Shown here piece by piece: positions 58,729 to 64,000 of a DNA stretch of 64,000 bases. The notes under the pieces were generated by a model. It did not search any database, had not been told where the DNA came from, and saw nothing but the letters and a program-made list of their open reading frames with translations. The number at the start of each line of letters is the position of its first letter. The first letter of the stretch is position 1. The stretch spans positions 43,400,001 to 43,464,000 of the forward strand of contig OZ231126.1 in the NCBI GenBank assembly GCA_965153355.1, read 5' to 3'. The stretch comes from Flaccisagitta enflata (lineage: Eukaryota). The position numbers and the translations under genes were made by a program.

Positions 58729-60439
58729 ATGATGATTCCATCTTATCAAGAAAATCGACAACTCAAGGTCAAACTCCAACAGTTAAAAATCCCAAAAGGC
58801 GGGGAAGACGAAGAGGAAGACGATGACGAAGAGGAAGACAAAGACGACGACGAAGAAGATTACTTGCTTGATTCTAAGGATGACGACCTTGATGATAACG
58901 ACGACGATGATGATGATGACAACGTAAAGGGCAGAAGAGGCAGACCGAGGGGGAGGCCGAGAAATGAAAGCAAAAACGCCCTCTCCGCTCCAAAAGGGAA
59001 ATCCAACGGAAGCCACAAGAACAAATCTGGTGGAGGGTACAGCAAGGGGAAGAAGAGGAACGACCACCACGACACCGTCGTTTCTAACAACGCCCACTAC
59101 GACGGCGGCAATGGGTCTTTCGAGACCGTCGTTTCTTACAACACTCAGCGCAATGGCGACGGTGGATCTTTCGACAACATCTTTTCAAACGTCGTCACTA
59201 ACAACATCTTTTTGAACGTCGTTACTAACAACACCCACCACGGCGTCGTTTCTAGCACCACCCCTGATGATGACCGCGATTCGGAAGAGACTCTTTCGGT
59301 TCAATCTTTTGGCGATGGTGGGTATGAAGACAGTGGAAGGATTTCGGGAGGAGCCTCCATGCAAGATGGCGCTTTGGCTGGCAACGACTTCAACTTCGAC
59401 ACCAGCGACAACGGCATCGAAAGCCCTTCCTCACCGAGAAAGTACACGACACAGAAAGTGATAGAGAGTTGGAAAGAGAAAACACCCTTCGAATTGCTCA
59501 AATGCCTGTGGTGTCCAAGATATTTTGAAACAAAAGTTGCGAAACAAAAGCACATCACTCGTCATCATCCGGTTTGCGTCTCCGTCTACGAATGCAGTCT
59601 CTGTCTTTCTAACAGCCTTTTCCACGAACGCCAATCGACACCTCCCTACTCACGGAATCAATTCTACGGTGCATTTTCGGGCACTTGTTTTCAACACACA
59701 TATCTACAATAATTTGGATCGTTCTGCGGAAGACCGTTATGCCGTCCTCGCCCAAGCCATGTACAGTCGGATGTATGGCAAACTCTTGCCGGCGGCGAGA
59801 GAAGAGATGCTTGATTTTTTCTTCCTTAGGCCAAGAGTAGTCCTCAGATGGGGACATTTTCCAAAATGGGTGATTGAGGAACTTGCAGAGGTTGACCCTA
59901 CTCCTGAAAGCAACGGTCTCATTCACATCGGAACCAACACCATGACGGCGATGGCCGCTGAACTTCCCAGGGTCGAGAAGGCTGACAAGGATAACATGGA
60001 CGCCAAGGCTGACAGAATGTGTTTGAGGTCTGAGCTCCTCAAAGAAGGAGTAGCCAGAGAGACAACTGGAGATGCCAGAGATGGCAAGTCTTTCGTCTTC
60101 CGAGTTAGCTTTGACCGTTACCCCCGCAAAGAATTTTGGGATTCACTGAAAACCCTGGTCAAGGCGTACGTCGTGTACCCAGCAAACGTCGAAGTAGCAA
60201 CGGCTTTGAAATCCAAGCCTATAAACCCCATGATCACACCACTAGACAGATTGCCAACGGGGAGGTCTTTCTGCAAACAGCATAGAAAAAACCCGTTTTT
60301 TGCGTTTCCAACCAGCGCTCCGATCACTTTTCAAGAGAAATTCCACCAATTCATCGAAAAGGAGAATATGTGTGGGAGGAAGATCAACATCCAGCAAATC
60401 GGAGCGCGCATCCAATTGCTGTCAAAGGTCCACATGTAG
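58729..60439 (+). pseudogene. Intronless acidic/AT-hook/C2H2 zinc-finger gene with one frameshift at about 59605-59610
   Basis: ORF 58729-59712 has an Asp/Glu tract, GRRGRPRGRPR and CLWCPRYFETKVAKQKHITRHH. YECSLC in frame 1 continues as TAFSTNANRHLPTH in the frame of ORF 59525-60439, which then gives about 260 aa of non-repetitive protein. May be an intact gene with a sequencing error. Confidence 0.7.
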
Positions 60440-61010
60440 TTTTTTTTTTTTTTTTGGCTTCATAATTTTTTCGGCTTGTAGTTTTTTTTGACTTTTGTAG
60501 TTTTTTTTTTATTCGGCCTTGTAGTTTTTTTTTTTGAAATTTTCAACTTATCAAGCTCTGAACTCATATAACCGAAACATAATTAACCTTAGATCTAGTT
60601 TTTTTCTCCTCTTAAGTAAACAAGTATATTCATATTAAACATTTTGCTCAATTATGAATCAATATGAAACAAAACAAATTGACATACATGTTTTTTTTCT
60701 TGTTTTTTTTTTTGGGGGGCAACATTGTATTTTTCCCCTCAAAATCGACTTATCTGTTATACTATATTGTAAATTTGTGTCGCATTCGGTGTCTTACTCG
60801 CTCGGCCTGGACAGTTGTCAATCCATATAACTTTTATACAACCTTCTATATAAGCACAACCTTCAATTTATAAGAACCAGACATTTCGCATTATTTCTTC
60901 TTTCATATATTGGAAAATATTGTGTCATGTCGTGTCGTCTCGTCTCGTCTCGTTTCTTTTTTTAATTTGTAATGATTATCCATTATTGATATAGAGAAGG
61001 GCAAGTGTCT

Positions 61011-61122
61011 ACACTTTTCTACCATTTTCTACCATTTTCTACCATTTTCTACCATTTTCTACCATTTTCTACCATTTTCTACCATTTTCTACCATTTTCT
61101 ACCCATTTTCTACCCATTTTCT
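61011..61122. repeat. (ACCATTTTCT)n, 8 perfect plus 3 variant copies
   Basis: Direct reading. Confidence 0.95.
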
Positions 61123-61268
61123 TCTAATAGTAACCAAAGAAACAGAAATAAAACCCCTTTTTTTTTTCTCCAACTATACTCTAAATGTAGTTGTATGTTA
61201 CTAGAATTAGCAACCAAGCAACCAAGGAAAAAAAAGCAACCAAGCAACAAAGTACCAACTTTATCTTC

Positions 61269-61810
61269 TTTTTAGTCGCGTGCACGCGACTCTACACTTT
61301 GCCGTGTCGGTCGGTAGGTCGGTAGGTCGGTCCGTCGGTCCGTCGGTCCGTCGGTCCGTCGGTCCGTCACATTTTTAAAATTATGACTTTTTAAGGTATT
61401 TTAAGGTAATTTAAGGTACTCTAGGGTATTTTAGGGTACATTAGGGTACTTCAGGGTTCATTGGGGTACTTTAGTTATTCTTGGTATTTGGGGTACTTTA
61501 GTGTACTTTCAGATATTTTTGAGTACTTATAGGTGTTTTTGAGTATCTATGATTATTTTTAGGTATCTCTGGGTAATTCTTGGTATTTTTGGGTACTTTT
61601 GGGTATGTTTGAGTATTTTTGGGTATTTTGGGTATTTCTGGGTACGTTAGGGTAGGCAGGGTAGGCATTGTAGGCAGGGTATTTTAATGAGTAGGCAGGT
61701 AAATTTGCGTTTAATAGGCCTTGGTTATAGCTATAGCTATAGCTATAGCTTTTTTGAGCTCTTTTGAGTCAAATCCCGACGCACGCGACTGTTGCCCTCT
61801 TGGGCTTGTT
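61269..61810 (+). mobile_element. HINE A1 element with GGGTACTTT-like central repeats
   Basis: AGTCGCGTGCACGCGACT head, (GTCG/GTCC)n, GCACGCGACT, hairpin GCCCTCTTGGGC and TTGTT end. Confidence 0.85.
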
Positions 61811-62545
61811 TACTTTTTACTTCTAGATGTCGTATTAGTATAATAGTTACCAAGAAAAAAAGTACCCAAGCATCAAAATTATCCTCCTTTTACTTTCTAC
61901 TTTTAGATGTCGTATTAGTAACATTTAAACTAATAGAAGAAGAGAAAGCGACGACGATGAGCAAAGTAATGCTTATTTCAGCAAAAAAAAAAGCTTTTTT
62001 TTTTCTTTTTTGTCGGGTGTGTTTTTTTTTTTTTCTGTCTTAGTTCCTTCTAACCTCTACTATGTGCGACCATTCTATCACGCCGCGTTTTCAAACTACA
62101 TCCTGAAAAAATAGAGGGGTGGTAAGAAGAGGGTTTTTTCACTATTTACCAGTTATTGCGATCCATTGGTAAGCGTGTTAAAGTATCTTGCGACTTGTGG
62201 CTTAGTATCATATACCGGCTTTTTCTGGTGCGAATCTCGGTTTATTTGAAAATTTTTACAGCCTCCTTGATGGTTGAGCGATATATTCTCGGCTTTGGTT
62301 CCTCCTTCCCTCTGACCGATCGTTTTAAGAAACACTACTTGATAGATACAAAATTGCTTTTTTAATTACTACCCCATCGTTTCATTAAGCATTTAATCAT
62401 CATTTTATTACATTTTCAAGTTTTCAAACCATGTTTTCTCTTTTTCCTAACCAGATTTTTGATTGACTAAGTCAGCTCACATCGAGTGAATAGACTCCCA
62501 TCGAAAAAGTGAACTCACATTGGTTAAAAAGTAGACTCCCATTGA

Positions 62546-63502
62546 TTAAGTAGACTTATATAGTCTTTCACGGAATCTTTTTAAAGTGCGAGGAGGGATC
62601 CTATCAAAGACGGGCTCCATCCAGTCGAGACAGAGGTCAAAATCCAGCGTGCCAACACCAAACAAGGAAATAAAAAAGTAAGTAAGGGAATTAGGAGTAA
62701 GTTAGTAAATGTATTAGGCCTAGTATACTTACGGGCCTAAAACAAAGTGGGCGAAATGTCCCTTTGTCAAAGGTAGCTGAGTTGAAAACACTTTTGGGAA
62801 TCTTGAATAAGCACGAAGGAGGGCCACTTCCTGATGGGATTTAAGGCCGCTCGCCATATGTAAGATGTGGCCACTCTCCTCCTAGAGATTGTAAAGAGAT
62901 GATATTAAGCCTTTTTTTCCCCTTCCCTTCTCCAAACCCTCTATTGTTTTTTTTCAGACTAGGATCGTTGGCGCTCATACTAAACCGCTCGCACTCATAC
63001 TAAACCGGACACTTCCAAACTCAAGAACGCACCTGAGAGAAAAATCGAAGAACTCACCTGGGAAAAAATCGAAGGTAAGGAGTATCACCACCAGAGTCTT
63101 CCCCTTTCACCTCCTTCTCTTCTTCTTCTTCTTCTTCTTCTTCTTCTTCACTCTTGAGATCCAAAGCAAGGCGTGTATACCAGCCTGCTTGGTCGTGATT
63201 TTTTTTCCTTTTTTCTCCTTTTTTTTTCCCGTGTGTAACCGAGATATTTTTTCAATTTTTTTCTTTCTCTTTTTGTTAAACCATATTTTTCCGTTTTTAG
63301 TTCCTCTAGTAATGCTTTTGCTTGTACATCTTCACACCATTTCACCACATTGACAGGTCCTCCTTCTTCCGGGACGGTGTCGTGAGTTATTAGAGGTCGA
63401 TCATCCTTTCTTTCCATCTTGACTTGGTTCTGCAATTGGAGGAGCCGAAATAAACAACAAAGGATACAAGGTAAGCATTCATTCGATTATTTTTTTTTTC
63501 AC
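62546..63502 (-). pseudogene. Compact spliced gene or pseudogene, unknown Lys/Glu-rich protein
   Basis: Intron 63502-63430 (GT..AG), ATG at 63417, exon to the GTGAGT donor at 63057, exon 62881-62733, then a GTAAGT donor with TACTAAC and a last exon 62657-62546. The model needs a frameshift, a phase fix and a GG acceptor. Confidence 0.4.
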
Positions 63503-64000
63503 CTGAGTCAAATGTCGCCGTCTTACAAAGTTTTGTAAGACGGCAAAACATATAGTTTGTGACTTTTAACACTCTCTATGACGTTTTCCACCGACTTACA
63601 ATCGTCTATAAAACAACCATCTGGAAACAACCGACTTACGACAATTTCTAAGACTGTGACTCAAGACCATCTAAAAACCACCGACTGAAAATCATTTGCA
63701 AGACAGTAACATGTCTTATAATCTAAACAATTGTTCGTTTTTCTCTCGTTTTCCCTTTTTTCACTTTCCACACTTATCCACTCTCCTTACCTTTCCTACT
63801 TTTCTTTTTCTATAGACTTACATGCCAATAGGGAATAAGGACAAAAGACCCCTCTATCATTCCCATATATATTTTTCGGCCTTTGCTGAAAGCCTAGTCA
63901 CAAATCGACATCTCCGTAAACTCTTATTAACTATTGACAAAATGGTGCTTAATTCCGAGGGTCCTCCCACTAACTCAAAATTTATTTTAGACCCGGAGGA

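Noticed and set aside
59572-59615. 44-nt GT..CTAACAG intron as an explanation of the zinc-finger frameshift
   Set aside because: Splicing leads into the third frame, which stops near 59840, and it would delete the YECSLC half of finger 2.
61011-61122. (ACCATTTTCT)n as a telomeric repeat
   Set aside because: It does not match TTAGG or TTAGGG-type repeats and is a short interstitial array.

Overview
Repeat-dominated eukaryotic (invertebrate-like) genomic DNA. Most of the window is microsatellite (AG, TG, TTC, TTTC, ATTC, CTAT, GGT, CAA) plus a dense set of non-autonomous DNA elements. These are roughly 25 Helentron-associated (HINE/DINE-1-like) elements in several subfamilies, TA-flanked Tc1/mariner-type MITEs, PIF/Harbinger-type MITEs, two CAC...GTG elements with 5-bp target duplications (Transib-like), a 2.9-kb hierarchical foldback palindrome and one tRNA-derived SINE head. 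No intact transposase, Rep/Helicase or RT was recognised. Almost all long ORFs in the track are microsatellite artefacts. Plausible coding sequence is limited to an intronless AT-hook/C2H2 zinc-finger gene broken by one frameshift (58729-60439), a compact convergent spliced gene or pseudogene (62546-63502, minus), and one or two isolated exon candidates (15666-15964, 35167-35325). All calls are from manual reading and no database search was run.
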